Source of the DNA: an uncultured Gemmatimonadales bacterium
GTDB lineage: Bacteria > Gemmatimonadota > Gemmatimonadetes > Gemmatimonadales > GWC2-71-9
Length of the DNA: 64,000 nucleotides
NCBI GenBank assembly: GCA_963828735.1
Contig: CAWHFW010000003.1
Span: 128,001 to 192,000, forward strand
Reading direction: 5' to 3'
Numbering within the stretch: position 1 is the stretch's first letter; each line of letters opens with the position of its first letter. The translations under genes and the position numbers were made by a program. Of this stretch, positions 37,838 through 46,865 are shown one piece after another. The notes beneath the pieces were generated by a model. That model saw only the letters and a program-made list of their open reading frames with translations. It made no database searches and was not told where the DNA came from.

Positions 37838-40450
37838 TCAGGCCAACTCCTCCTGCAATCGTCCGAGTGCATAGCCCAGATCCGGCACCAGCTCCACCAC
37901 CTCCGCCAACGGGTCCGTCTTCAGCTTCTTCATCCGTTCCGGAACCGTGACCATCGTGTGCCGGCGGATATCCAGCTTCCGGTTGACCTCGCGCCATGCG
38001 AGCGGCGTGGACACCGGTGCGCCCAGCAGCGGCCGCACGCAGAACGGCGAGACGAGCAGCTTGCCGGACCCGTTCTGCAGATAATCGATGTAGACCCGGC
38101 CATCCCGCCGCGAAACCTGCCGGGTGATCGTGGCGATCTCGGGCAGCCGCCCGACCAGGCAGCGCGCCAGCAGCTCGCCCAGCGAGCGTGACTGTTCGTG
38201 CGTGCATTGGCGTCCGAGCGGAACCAGCAGGTGCAGGCCGGACGAACCGCTCGTCTTCACGTACAACGGGAGCTCGATGCGATCGCACAGGGCGCGCGCC
38301 TCGAGCGCCACGTCGACCACCTGGGTGAACGGCGCTCCCTTGGGATCGAGATCGAGCACGCACCAATCCGGGCGCTCGAGCGTGGGCGCTCGGCTGGCCC
38401 AGAGGTGAAGCGGGATCGAGCCCAGGTTGATGACGTACAGCAGTGAGGCCAGGTCGTCGCAGACGAAGTAGTCGATCTCGCGCTGCGTGTCCTCGCTCCA
38501 CATGCGCTCGGTGCGGATCCAATCCGGCGCGAAGCCCGGCGCGTCCTTCTGGAAGAAGGACTTGCCGCCGATCCCGTCCGGAAACCGCGTCATCACCAGT
38601 GGCCGATGTCTGAGATACGGCAGGAGCCACGGCGCGATCGCGCGGTAGTAGGCGACGAGGTCTCCCTTGGTGAACCCGTCGTCGGGCCAGAAGACCTTCT
38701 TGAGGTTCGTGAGCTCGAACGGGAGCTCGTCGCCATCGCGTGCCGGGCCTTTCTTCGCATGCTTACCCGGCACCTGGACCTTGCCGTCCGCCCCGGCCAC
38801 CGCGTCCATCCGGCGGCCATCGCCTGTGCTCCTCGCGTCGTCCGGCCCGGCGCCATTGCGATCGTCCGACCGCCCGACCTTCCGAGCGCGCCTGATACAC
38901 TCTTCCGGCCCCTTGTCGTCGCGGAACCTCAAGAACACCGGCTGCCGCAGCAACCCTTCCTCCGTCCATTCGGTGTACTCGACCTCGCATACGAGACGGG
39001 GCTCCACCCACGTCGTCCCCTTTTCCTTCGGCACCGGCCCGACGCACGGCGGATCGGCGCGGCGATCGTGCTCGAGCGAGCGGGTGACCTCGCCGAGCTG
39101 CTTCTCGGTGAAGCCGGTGCCGACCCGCCCGGAATAGGTCAGGGTGCCATCCACGTATTCGGCCAGGTGGAGCGCGCCGAACCCGCCCCGGGAGCCCTTC
39201 GGGGCCGTCGAGCCGACCACCACGAAATCACCGGTGAGGCGGGAGCGGATCTTGAGCCACACGGACGACCGCCCCGCCTTGTAGGGCGCGGTCGCCTTCT
39301 TCGCCACGACGCCCTCGAGTCCCAGCCGCTCAGCTTCACGGTAGAGCGCCTCGCCGTCATCCTCGACATGTTCCAGATAGCGGAGGGCGCCGAGGGACGG
39401 CAGGACGCGCTGGAGCAGGCGTTTGCGCTCGGTGAGCGGCAGCGGACGGAGATCGAAGTCCTCGAACCCGAGCAGATCGAACGCGTAGTAGATGACGGGG
39501 TTCCGGACAGCGGCGTGCCGGATGTCGATCGGCCGCCGCAGACGGGCACGGCCTTGCAGGCGTTGAAAGCTGGGAATGCCGTGGTCGTCCAGCGCAACGA
39601 CCTCGCCATCGAGCACCAGGCGATCGAACGGGAGCGCCGCGACCGCGCGCGCCACCTCGGGAAACGCCTCGGCACACTCGTTCCCATTCCGGGTGAAGAG
39701 TCGTGGCTCGCCGCTCCGCCGTGCGGCGAGGACACGGTAACCGTCGAGCTTGGGCTCGAACAGCCAACCCGCCCGGGAGAACGCCCGGTCCGCGGTCTCC
39801 GCGAGCATCGGACTCGCCGATTTCGCCTCGACCGGACGGCGCGGTGCGCCGAGCTTCGAGAGCTCGGCGCGGATGGCCTCGCCGCAGTCGCGTCCCGCCT
39901 CCAGATCCTCGACCGTGAGCCCCGACAGCACCGACTCGGCCGGAGTCACCCGGTCGGTCGAAGCCCAGCCGTCGCGCTCCTTGATGAGGAGCCACTCCTT
40001 CTGACCCTTCTTGATCTTCACCAGGGTCCAAAGGCCGTGCAGCTTGTAGCCCTTGAGCTCGAACAGCAGCTTCCCCTTTTCGAGCCCCTCCAGCGGATCG
40101 CCGATCGGCACCCATTCGCCACGGTCCCAGACGATCACGGCACCGGCACCGTAGTTGCCTTCGGGAATGAGTCCCTCGAAATCGCCGTACTCGATCGGGT
40201 GATCCTCGACGTGCACCGCCAGCCGCTTATCGGCCGTGTCATAGGACGGCCCCTTCGGCACGGCCCACGAGCGAAGCACGCCTTCCATCTCCAGGCGGAG
40301 ATCCCAATGCAGCCGGGTGGCGGCGTGCATGTGCACCACGAAGAGCTGGCCGGATGCCGGGGCCACGGCGCCCGCGGGCTCGGGCGTGCGCTCGAGCGAA
40401 CGCTTGGCGCGGTAGGCGGCGAGATGGTCGGGCGAGGACGGTCGGGGCAT
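37838..40450 (-). CDS. ligD: DNA ligase D (PE-ligase-polymerase)
   Basis: N-terminal PE (HAATRLHWDLRLE, EDHPIEY), ligase (EPKLDGYR, EGVVAK, WLKI), polymerase (LDLDP, KTSGSSGLH, IDYLQN). Confidence 0.96.
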   Translation of the reverse strand: MPRPSSPDHLAAYRAKRSLERTPEPAGAVAPASGQLFVVHMHAATRLHWDLRLEMEGVLRSWAVPKGPSYDTADKRLAVHVEDHPIEYGDFEGLIPEGNYGAGAVIVWDRGEWVPIGDPLEGLEKGKLLFELKGYKLHGLWTLVKIKKGQKEWLLIKERDGWASTDRVTPAESVLSGLTVEDLEAGRDCGEAIRAELSKLGAPRRPVEAKSASPMLAETADRAFSRAGWLFEPKLDGYRVLAARRSGEPRLFTRNGNECAEAFPEVARAVAALPFDRLVLDGEVVALDDHGIPSFQRLQGRARLRRPIDIRHAAVRNPVIYYAFDLLGFEDFDLRPLPLTERKRLLQRVLPSLGALRYLEHVEDDGEALYREAERLGLEGVVAKKATAPYKAGRSSVWLKIRSRLTGDFVVVGSTAPKGSRGGFGALHLAEYVDGTLTYSGRVGTGFTEKQLGEVTRSLEHDRRADPPCVGPVPKEKGTTWVEPRLVCEVEYTEWTEEGLLRQPVFLRFRDDKGPEECIRRARKVGRSDDRNGAGPDDARSTGDGRRMDAVAGADGKVQVPGKHAKKGPARDGDELPFELTNLKKVFWPDDGFTKGDLVAYYRAIAPWLLPYLRHRPLVMTRFPDGIGGKSFFQKDAPGFAPDWIRTERMWSEDTQREIDYFVCDDLASLLYVINLGSIPLHLWASRAPTLERPDWCVLDLDPKGAPFTQVVDVALEARALCDRIELPLYVKTSGSSGLHLLVPLGRQCTHEQSRSLGELLARCLVGRLPEIATITRQVSRRDGRVYIDYLQNGSGKLLVSPFCVRPLLGAPVSTPLAWREVNRKLDIRRHTMVTVPERMKKLKTDPLAEVVELVPDLGYALGRLQEELA

Positions 40451-40623
40451 GGGAATGGAATCTACGGATTCCGGCGAAGGACACACGTCCGGGGCCGGCC
40501 TGCCGGCTAGGCGAGGGAGGTGCTGCGACGTGCCACTGGCTCGGGCGAACCGACGTCCAGAGGAGTGAGCGGGGAGGCTCGGACGAGGCCTCGGCGCGCC
40601 GAAACAGCCACTAGGTGTCCGTC

Positions 40624-40648
40624 TAAGTTACTTGGCCGTTACAAGTTA
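40624..40648. promoter_or_regulatory. AT-rich imperfect palindrome between divergent ligD and ku
   Basis: TAAGTTACTTGGCCGTTACAAGTTA: TAA[G/C]T-N15-A[G/C]TTA with internal ACTTG-N7-CAAGT. Confidence 0.4.
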
Positions 40649-40749
40649 AGTAGCGCTGCAAAATCCTGCATTGTGTACCATGCACCCTCTCCTTGCGGCG
40701 GCCCGATTCTGCCGGTATATCAACTGCCCACACCAAACCGACTGCCTCT

Positions 40750-41616
40750 ATGACTGCCAGATCCATCGGGTCCGCGACGATCTCCTTCGGCCTGGTCTCC
40801 GTCCCGGTCAACCTGTTTTCCTCGAGTGAGTCCGCCGCGAGCATCAGCTTCAACATGCTGCACACCACCTGCGGCTCGCGGCTCAAGCAGCAGTACATCT
40901 GCTCGAAGGAAGGCACGGTGGTCGAGAAGGACGAGGTCGGGAAGGGCTACGAGTTCTCCAAGGGCCAGTACGTCCGCTTCTCGGCCGACGAGATCAAGGC
41001 CCTGGACGAGAAGGCGACCAACGCGATCGACATCGCCGAGTTCGTGCCGCTCTCGGCCATAGACCGGATCTACCTCGAAAAGGTCTACTTTCTCGGCCCC
41101 GACAAGGGCGGCGACCGGGCGTACGGGTTGCTGGCCAAGGCGCTCGAAGTGACCGGTCGCGCGGCCCTGGGTCAGTACTCCGCCCGCGGCAAGCAGTATC
41201 TCGTGCTGGTGCGGCCGATGGGCGACCTCCTCGTAATGGAGCAGCTCCACTATCACGCCGAGCTCAGGAGCGCGGACGAGGTGCCGCGGCCGGAAACGCC
41301 GGTGAAAGACGGCGAGCTCGCGCTGGCGCGGCTTCTCATCGAGCAGTCCGCGGTCGACGAGTTCCGTCCCGAGAACTATCGCGACACCGTGCGCGAGCGG
41401 ATACTCGAAGCCATCCAGCAGAAGGTGGACGGCCAGGAGATCACGGCTGAGCCCGAGGCGCCGCAGACCAAGATCATCGACCTGATGGACGCGCTGAAGG
41501 CCAGCCTCGCCAAGCGCGGCGCGACCGCCGAGAAGCAGTCCGATCGAGCGGTCGCGACCAAGGCCGCCAAGGAGATGGAAGCCAAGCCGCGGCGGAAAGC
41601 GAGCGGAGCGCGATAG
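40750..41616 (+). CDS. ku: Non-homologous end joining protein Ku
   Basis: RSIGSATISFGLVSVPV, KGYE, I.I.EFVP, AY.LL..AL, Y.D, IIDLMDALKASL and basic tail. Confidence 0.96.
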   Translation: MTARSIGSATISFGLVSVPVNLFSSSESAASISFNMLHTTCGSRLKQQYICSKEGTVVEKDEVGKGYEFSKGQYVRFSADEIKALDEKATNAIDIAEFVPLSAIDRIYLEKVYFLGPDKGGDRAYGLLAKALEVTGRAALGQYSARGKQYLVLVRPMGDLLVMEQLHYHAELRSADEVPRPETPVKDGELALARLLIEQSAVDEFRPENYRDTVRERILEAIQQKVDGQEITAEPEAPQTKIIDLMDALKASLAKRGATAEKQSDRAVATKAAKEMEAKPRRKASGAR

Positions 41617-41649
41617 GCTGCCCGCCGTCTCCGTCCACGCCGATCCCCG

Positions 41650-42354
41650 ATGCGCATCCTCACCGGCACCAGCGGCTGGTCCTACAAGGAGTGGAAGGGG
41701 ATCTTCTACCCGGCCGACCTTCCCGCCGACGGCATGCTGCGATATTACGCCACGCGCCTGCCGAGCGTGGAGATCAACAATTCCTTCTACCGCATCCCCA
41801 AGGAGACGGTGCTGCTCGAGTGGGCGGCCCAGGTCCCCGCCGGCTTCCGGTTCGTGCTCAAGGCCTCACGCAGGATCACCCACATCAACCGGCTCGCCAA
41901 CGAGGACGGATCACTGGAATACTTTCTCCGCACCGTCAACGTGCTGGGCGAGCGCCTCGGACCGACGTTGTTCCAGTGCCCGCCCTCGCTCCGGAAGGAC
42001 ATGGACCGGCTGCGTGCCTTCCTCGCGTCGGTGCCGCGGACGTGGCGCGCGGCGATGGAGTTCCGCCACGCATCGTGGTTCACCGATGAGGTCTACGACG
42101 CGCTCCGGGAGCACGATATCGCGCTCGTCGGCGTGGAGGAGCACGAGAGTGAAGGCCCCGGCGCGCCGCTCGTGCCGACGGCCACCTGGGGCTATCTGCG
42201 GCTCCGCCGCACGGACTACACCGACGACATGCTGAAGGGGTGGGTGGAGCGCATCCGCGGCCAGCCGTGGCAGGAGGCGTACGTGTTCCTCAAGCACGAC
42301 GAGGACAAGCCGACGGGGCCGGACGCGGCGGTGAAGCTGGCGGCGATGGTATAG
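41650..42354 (+). CDS. DUF72 (YecE-like) protein, copy 2
   Basis: GTSGWSY.EW.G.FYP, VEINNSFYR, LGP.LFQ.PP, EFRH.SW, YLRLRR; directly after ku. Confidence 0.93.
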   Translation: MRILTGTSGWSYKEWKGIFYPADLPADGMLRYYATRLPSVEINNSFYRIPKETVLLEWAAQVPAGFRFVLKASRRITHINRLANEDGSLEYFLRTVNVLGERLGPTLFQCPPSLRKDMDRLRAFLASVPRTWRAAMEFRHASWFTDEVYDALREHDIALVGVEEHESEGPGAPLVPTATWGYLRLRRTDYTDDMLKGWVERIRGQPWQEAYVFLKHDEDKPTGPDAAVKLAAMV

Positions 42355-42372
42355 GGGACTTCGGCTTCCGGC

Positions 42373-42398
42373 TGCAACCGGTCGCGCTGCGGGGCGTC
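42373..42398 (+). promoter_or_regulatory. ECF-type promoter TGCAAC-N16-CGTC
   Basis: 46 nt upstream of hybrid kinase ATG. Confidence 0.45.
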
Positions 42399-42444
42399 AC
42401 ACGGTTATCTTCGAAGCGCTCCCTGCATCCAGCCGAGTAGGTCC

Positions 42445-45285
42445 ATGGTCTCTCGAGACGCGGTCGTCTCACGAATCCGCCGAGTCCCGGTTGTGGCCGG
42501 TGCCATCGCGATGGTGCTGGGCGTAGGCCTGCTGCAGGCCTACGTGTTCGCGGCAGTGCCCCTGGTCCCGACCGCGCTGTTCCTTCCGCTTGCCCAGCCG
42601 CTCGACGCAGTCCTGTTCGTGCTCACCGGCGCGGCCCTGCTCTCTCTCCAGATCCGCTCCGAGCGCCTGAGACAGACCTCCGCGCTGCTCGCCACCGTGC
42701 TCGCGGTACTGTTCCTCGTCGAGTACCTCTTCCGGGTCGACCTGCGGATCGATACGGTGTTGTTCGCCGACCAGGTGGCGCAGTTCGTCCCGGTCTTCCC
42801 GGGTCGGCCCGCGCCGCTCGGCTGTGTCGGTTTCCTGTTCCTCGGCCTGCTGCTGCTGTTCCCGCCGCCGGCCGCGGCCCGCCCCCGGCGCTGGTACAGC
42901 GCGCTGCTCATGACCGCGGTGATCGTCCCCATGCTCGCCATCGCGGGTCACCTCGGCGGGGTCCCGGAGCTGTACGGACTCGTGCCCGGCAGCGGCGTCG
43001 CGCTGTACGTGGCGCTCGGGCTCCTGCTTCTCGCGGCCGGCGTCACGGCCGCGACCCACGAGCCCGTCGTCGTCAACCTTTCCCTCAGCGACGAGCCCGG
43101 CACGGTGCTCCTGCGCCGGCTGCTGCCGGTCGCGCTCGTGCTCCCGGTCCTCTTCACCGTCGGCAGCGTGCAGGCGCTCCGGCTCGGGTTCTACCAGGTT
43201 CACGCGGGGCTCGTGGCGTACGTCACGGTCTTCATCGGGCTCTCGGTGTGGGCCGCGTTCCGCGCCACGGACCTTGCCCGCCGGGTCGAGGCCGATCGGC
43301 GCGCCGCGGAGCGCACCCGGGCGGACCTTGTGCTCCGCAACCGGCTGCTCGAGGCACAGGCCGCGGCGCAGGCGGCGCTTCGCGCGAGCGAAGAACACAC
43401 GCGCGAGCTGCTCGACATCCTGAGCCACACGCCGGTGACCGCGCGCGGCTTGGACCGCCGGATCCGGTTCTGGAGCGCGGGCGCGGAGCGCCTGTACGGG
43501 TGGACGTCGGAGGAAGCGGCGCAGGCGGGCACGCGCGACCTGCTCGAGACGCAGCTCCCGGTCCCGCTCCACGAAGCCGAGTCCACCCTGCTGGAGCACG
43601 GCGAGTGGCTCGGCGAGGTCAACCGCCGGACGCGCGACGGGGCCATGCTCCGTATCGCGACGCATTGGATCCTGCACCGCGATCCCGCCGGTTTGCCGGA
43701 CGCCATCATCGAAGTGGACGACGATGTGACGGAGCAACGGAACGCGGAGGCGCTGGTTCGCGGCAGCGAGGCGCGCTACCGCGCGCTGGTGGCCGCCACC
43801 TCGCAGATCGTCTGGTCGATGTCCGCCGACGGCCGGGAGGCCGGCGATCTCACCCAGTGGGAGGCGTTCACCGGACAGACGCCCTACGAGGCCTCCCACG
43901 GCGGCTGGATCCGCGCCCTGTCTCCCGAGGATCAGCCCGAGGCCGCGCGGATATGGAACGCGGCGGTCCGCGAGAAGCGGGTGCTGGCGACCATACACCG
44001 CGTCCGCCGGCGCGACGGGCAGTACCGGAACATGGAGGTGCGCGCGGTCCCGATCCTCGATCAGCATGGACGGGTGCGCGAATGGGTCGGCGCCCACACC
44101 GACGTGACGGACCGCGTGAAGGCGGAGGAGCAGCTTGCGCAGGCGCAGAAGCTCCAGGCCGTGGGCACGCTCGCAGGCGGGGTGGCCCACGAGGTGAACA
44201 ACCAGCTCATGGCGGTGCTCGGGTTCGGCGAGTTCGTCGTGAAGGAGCTCGGGCAGGATCACGCGCAGACGAAGGACGTGGAGGAGATGATCCGCGCTGC
44301 GATGCGGGCCGCGCAGGTGGCGCAGCAGCTCCTGACCTTCAGCCGGCGCCAGGTCAACCAGGTGCAGCCGCTGCGTGTGTCCAGCTCGGTCGCCGCGCTC
44401 GCCCCCGTCCTGGAGCGCATCCTGGGGGCGGACAAGGAGCTCACCCTCCTGCCCGACCGATCGAAGAGCAGCATTCTGGCGGACCCGACGCAGGTCGATC
44501 AGGTCCTAATCAACCTCGCGGCCAACGCCCGCGACGCGATGAGCACCGGAGGCCGGCTCACCATCTCGACCGACGAGGTGACGCTCGACGAGAGCTACGC
44601 CCGGGAGCATGGCCTCAAGCACGTCGCACCCGGAACCTATGTCCGCATCATCGTGTCGGACACCGGCTGCGGCATGGACCGACCGACGCTGGCCAAGATC
44701 TTCGAGCCGTTCTTCACCACCAAGCCCGTGGGCTCGGGAACCGGCCTCGGGCTCTCCACGGTCTACGGCATCGTGAAGCAGCACGATGGCTTCATCTGGG
44801 CGTACAGCGAGCCGGGTCACGGCACGAGCATCAAGATCTACTTTCCCGCGGCGAAGGCGGAGCAGTCCGCCGATGCCCCCCGCGTGGTGGAGGCACCATC
44901 CGAGCGGCCCAGGCTCGAGCCCGGGCTCGTCCTGGTCGTCGAGGACGAGGCCGCGGTGCGGCAGCTCGTCCGGCGATCGCTGGAAGCCGTCGGCCTCACG
45001 GTTCTCGAGGCCGAGAACGGTCAGCAGGCGCTCGACGTCGTCTCGCGTCGCCGCGACCTTCCCAAGCTGGTGCTGACCGACGTGGTGATGCCCGGCCTCA
45101 ATGGTCGCGAGCTGAGCGAGCGTCTCGCGCGCACGCAGCCGGGTCTCCCGATCCTCTTCATGTCGGGTTACACCGACGACGACGTGTTCGCGCGGAGCCT
45201 CCTGCCCGAGGAAGCCCCCTTCATCCAGAAGCCGTTCGGGCCGGAGGAGCTCGTGGCGAAAGTCCGGACGATGCTGTCGCAGTAA
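42445..45285 (+). CDS. Membrane-bound hybrid sensor histidine kinase (2 PAS, HisKA, HATPase, receiver)
   Basis: Several TM helices; PAS/PAC motifs; GGVAHEVNN H-box; NARDAM, DTGCGM, FEPFFTTK, GTGLGL; receiver LVVEDE, TDVVMP, QKP. Confidence 0.95.
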   Translation: MVSRDAVVSRIRRVPVVAGAIAMVLGVGLLQAYVFAAVPLVPTALFLPLAQPLDAVLFVLTGAALLSLQIRSERLRQTSALLATVLAVLFLVEYLFRVDLRIDTVLFADQVAQFVPVFPGRPAPLGCVGFLFLGLLLLFPPPAAARPRRWYSALLMTAVIVPMLAIAGHLGGVPELYGLVPGSGVALYVALGLLLLAAGVTAATHEPVVVNLSLSDEPGTVLLRRLLPVALVLPVLFTVGSVQALRLGFYQVHAGLVAYVTVFIGLSVWAAFRATDLARRVEADRRAAERTRADLVLRNRLLEAQAAAQAALRASEEHTRELLDILSHTPVTARGLDRRIRFWSAGAERLYGWTSEEAAQAGTRDLLETQLPVPLHEAESTLLEHGEWLGEVNRRTRDGAMLRIATHWILHRDPAGLPDAIIEVDDDVTEQRNAEALVRGSEARYRALVAATSQIVWSMSADGREAGDLTQWEAFTGQTPYEASHGGWIRALSPEDQPEAARIWNAAVREKRVLATIHRVRRRDGQYRNMEVRAVPILDQHGRVREWVGAHTDVTDRVKAEEQLAQAQKLQAVGTLAGGVAHEVNNQLMAVLGFGEFVVKELGQDHAQTKDVEEMIRAAMRAAQVAQQLLTFSRRQVNQVQPLRVSSSVAALAPVLERILGADKELTLLPDRSKSSILADPTQVDQVLINLAANARDAMSTGGRLTISTDEVTLDESYAREHGLKHVAPGTYVRIIVSDTGCGMDRPTLAKIFEPFFTTKPVGSGTGLGLSTVYGIVKQHDGFIWAYSEPGHGTSIKIYFPAAKAEQSADAPRVVEAPSERPRLEPGLVLVVEDEAAVRQLVRRSLEAVGLTVLEAENGQQALDVVSRRRDLPKLVLTDVVMPGLNGRELSERLARTQPGLPILFMSGYTDDDVFARSLLPEEAPFIQKPFGPEELVAKVRTMLSQ

Positions 45286-45368
45286 GCCGCTCCGAGTCGC
45301 TCCACACCGTTGCGATCCTCCCCCGCTTCCGATATCTCTCCCGCCGACCTTTCCGCACCGGATTTCGC

Positions 45369-46817
45369 GTGACCGAGCCCGCCGCACGACTCGATGCTCC
45401 CCCTTCGCCCGCGCCCGGCGGTGCGGAGTCGGTCAGCTTCTGGACCATCGTCAGGGAGTCGGTCCGCGGGGAGGTGCACCACGACTTCACCGAGGGGCCG
45501 ATCGGCCGCGCCATCCTGCTGCTCGCGGTGCCGATGGTGCTGGAGGTGGTGCTCGAGAGCATCTTCGCGGTCGCCGACATCTTCTGGGTGTCGCACCTGG
45601 GGCCCGACGCGGTGGCGTCGGTCGGGCTCACCGAGTCGTTGCTGACGATCGTGTACGCGCTGGCGATGGGCCTCGGGATCGGGGCCACGGCCGTGGTCGC
45701 GCGGCGGATCGGGGAGAAGGATCGGGACGGCGCGGCGCGAGCCGCGGCGCAGGCACTGGTGCTCGCGCTGGTCGTGTCGATCGCGTTGGGGACGGCCGGC
45801 GCGCTGCTCGCCCCTCGCCTGCTCGCGCTCATGGGCGCATCGCCATCGGTCATCGCGACCGGGCGCGGCTACGCGACGATCATGCTCGGCGGCGAAGCCG
45901 CGATCATCGTGCTCTTCGTGGTGAACGCGATCTTTCGCGGCGCGGGCGACGCGGCCATCGCGATGCGGGTCCTCTGGCTCGCGAACATCATCAACATCGT
46001 GCTGGGCCCGCTGCTCATCTTCGGCGTCGGCCCCTTTCCCCGTCTTGGTGTTACCGGGGCAGCCATCGCGACGACGTTCGGGCGCTCGGTCGGGGCGACC
46101 TACGCGGTGGTGCGGCTCTTCCGTCACGCGAGCCGCGTACCGGTCGCGCGCCGGCACATGCGGGTGGACCTCGGCGTGATGCGTCACATCCTCCAGCTCT
46201 CGGGCTCCGCCACGCTGCAGAACCTGATCGGCATGGCGAGCTGGATCGGCCTGGTCCGGATTCTGTCGGGATACGGCAGCGACGCGCTGGCCGGTTACAC
46301 GATCGCGGTGCGGCTCATCATCTTCGCGCTCCTGCCATCCTGGGGCCTCAGCAACGCGGCGGCGACGATGGTGGGACAGAGCCTGGGCGCCCGGAAGCCT
46401 GATCGGGCGGAGGCCTCCGTGTGGCGGGCCGGGCGGTACAACGCCTACTTTCTCACCAGCGTCGGCCTGCTGTTCTTCGTGGCCGCCCCACTCGTGATCC
46501 GGGCGTTCACGTCGGATCCGACCGTGGCGGGCTACGCGGTGGCCTGCCTCCGGATCGTCGCGCTCGGCTACCCCCTCTATGCCTACGGCATGGTACTCAC
46601 CCAGTCGTTCAACGGCGCGGGGGACACGTGGACGCCCACGTGGCTCAACCTGGCGTGCTTCTGGGTGTTCGAGCTCCCGTTCGCCTGGGCGCTCGCGCGT
46701 TCGGCCGGCCTCGGGCCGCCGGGCGTCTTCTGGGCCATCACCGCCGCGTTCTCGATGCTGGCGCTCGCGAGCGTGGCGGTGTTCAGACGAGGCCGATGGA
46801 AGACGAGGGTGGTGTAG
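45369..46817 (+). CDS. MATE family efflux transporter
   Basis: GPI.RAILLLAVP, D..WV..LG, FRGAGD, N..L.PLLIFG, LGV.GAA.AT; two-repeat hydrophobic structure. Confidence 0.93.
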   Translation: MTEPAARLDAPPSPAPGGAESVSFWTIVRESVRGEVHHDFTEGPIGRAILLLAVPMVLEVVLESIFAVADIFWVSHLGPDAVASVGLTESLLTIVYALAMGLGIGATAVVARRIGEKDRDGAARAAAQALVLALVVSIALGTAGALLAPRLLALMGASPSVIATGRGYATIMLGGEAAIIVLFVVNAIFRGAGDAAIAMRVLWLANIINIVLGPLLIFGVGPFPRLGVTGAAIATTFGRSVGATYAVVRLFRHASRVPVARRHMRVDLGVMRHILQLSGSATLQNLIGMASWIGLVRILSGYGSDALAGYTIAVRLIIFALLPSWGLSNAAATMVGQSLGARKPDRAEASVWRAGRYNAYFLTSVGLLFFVAAPLVIRAFTSDPTVAGYAVACLRIVALGYPLYAYGMVLTQSFNGAGDTWTPTWLNLACFWVFELPFAWALARSAGLGPPGVFWAITAAFSMLALASVAVFRRGRWKTRVV

Positions 46818-46865
46818 GGAGCCGGGGACCGGCACTCGGGCCGAGCTCGAGCGGCCGGCCGACCC

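Noticed and set aside
43248..46817. Apparent 1189-aa fusion ending in MATE (likewise 10499-12346, 12633-14708, 18127-20670, 22345-24744, 35574-37109)
   Set aside because: The N-terminal parts are off-frame read-throughs of neighbouring genes or spacers; real starts are downstream (45369, 11519, 13980, about 19111, 23523, 36204)
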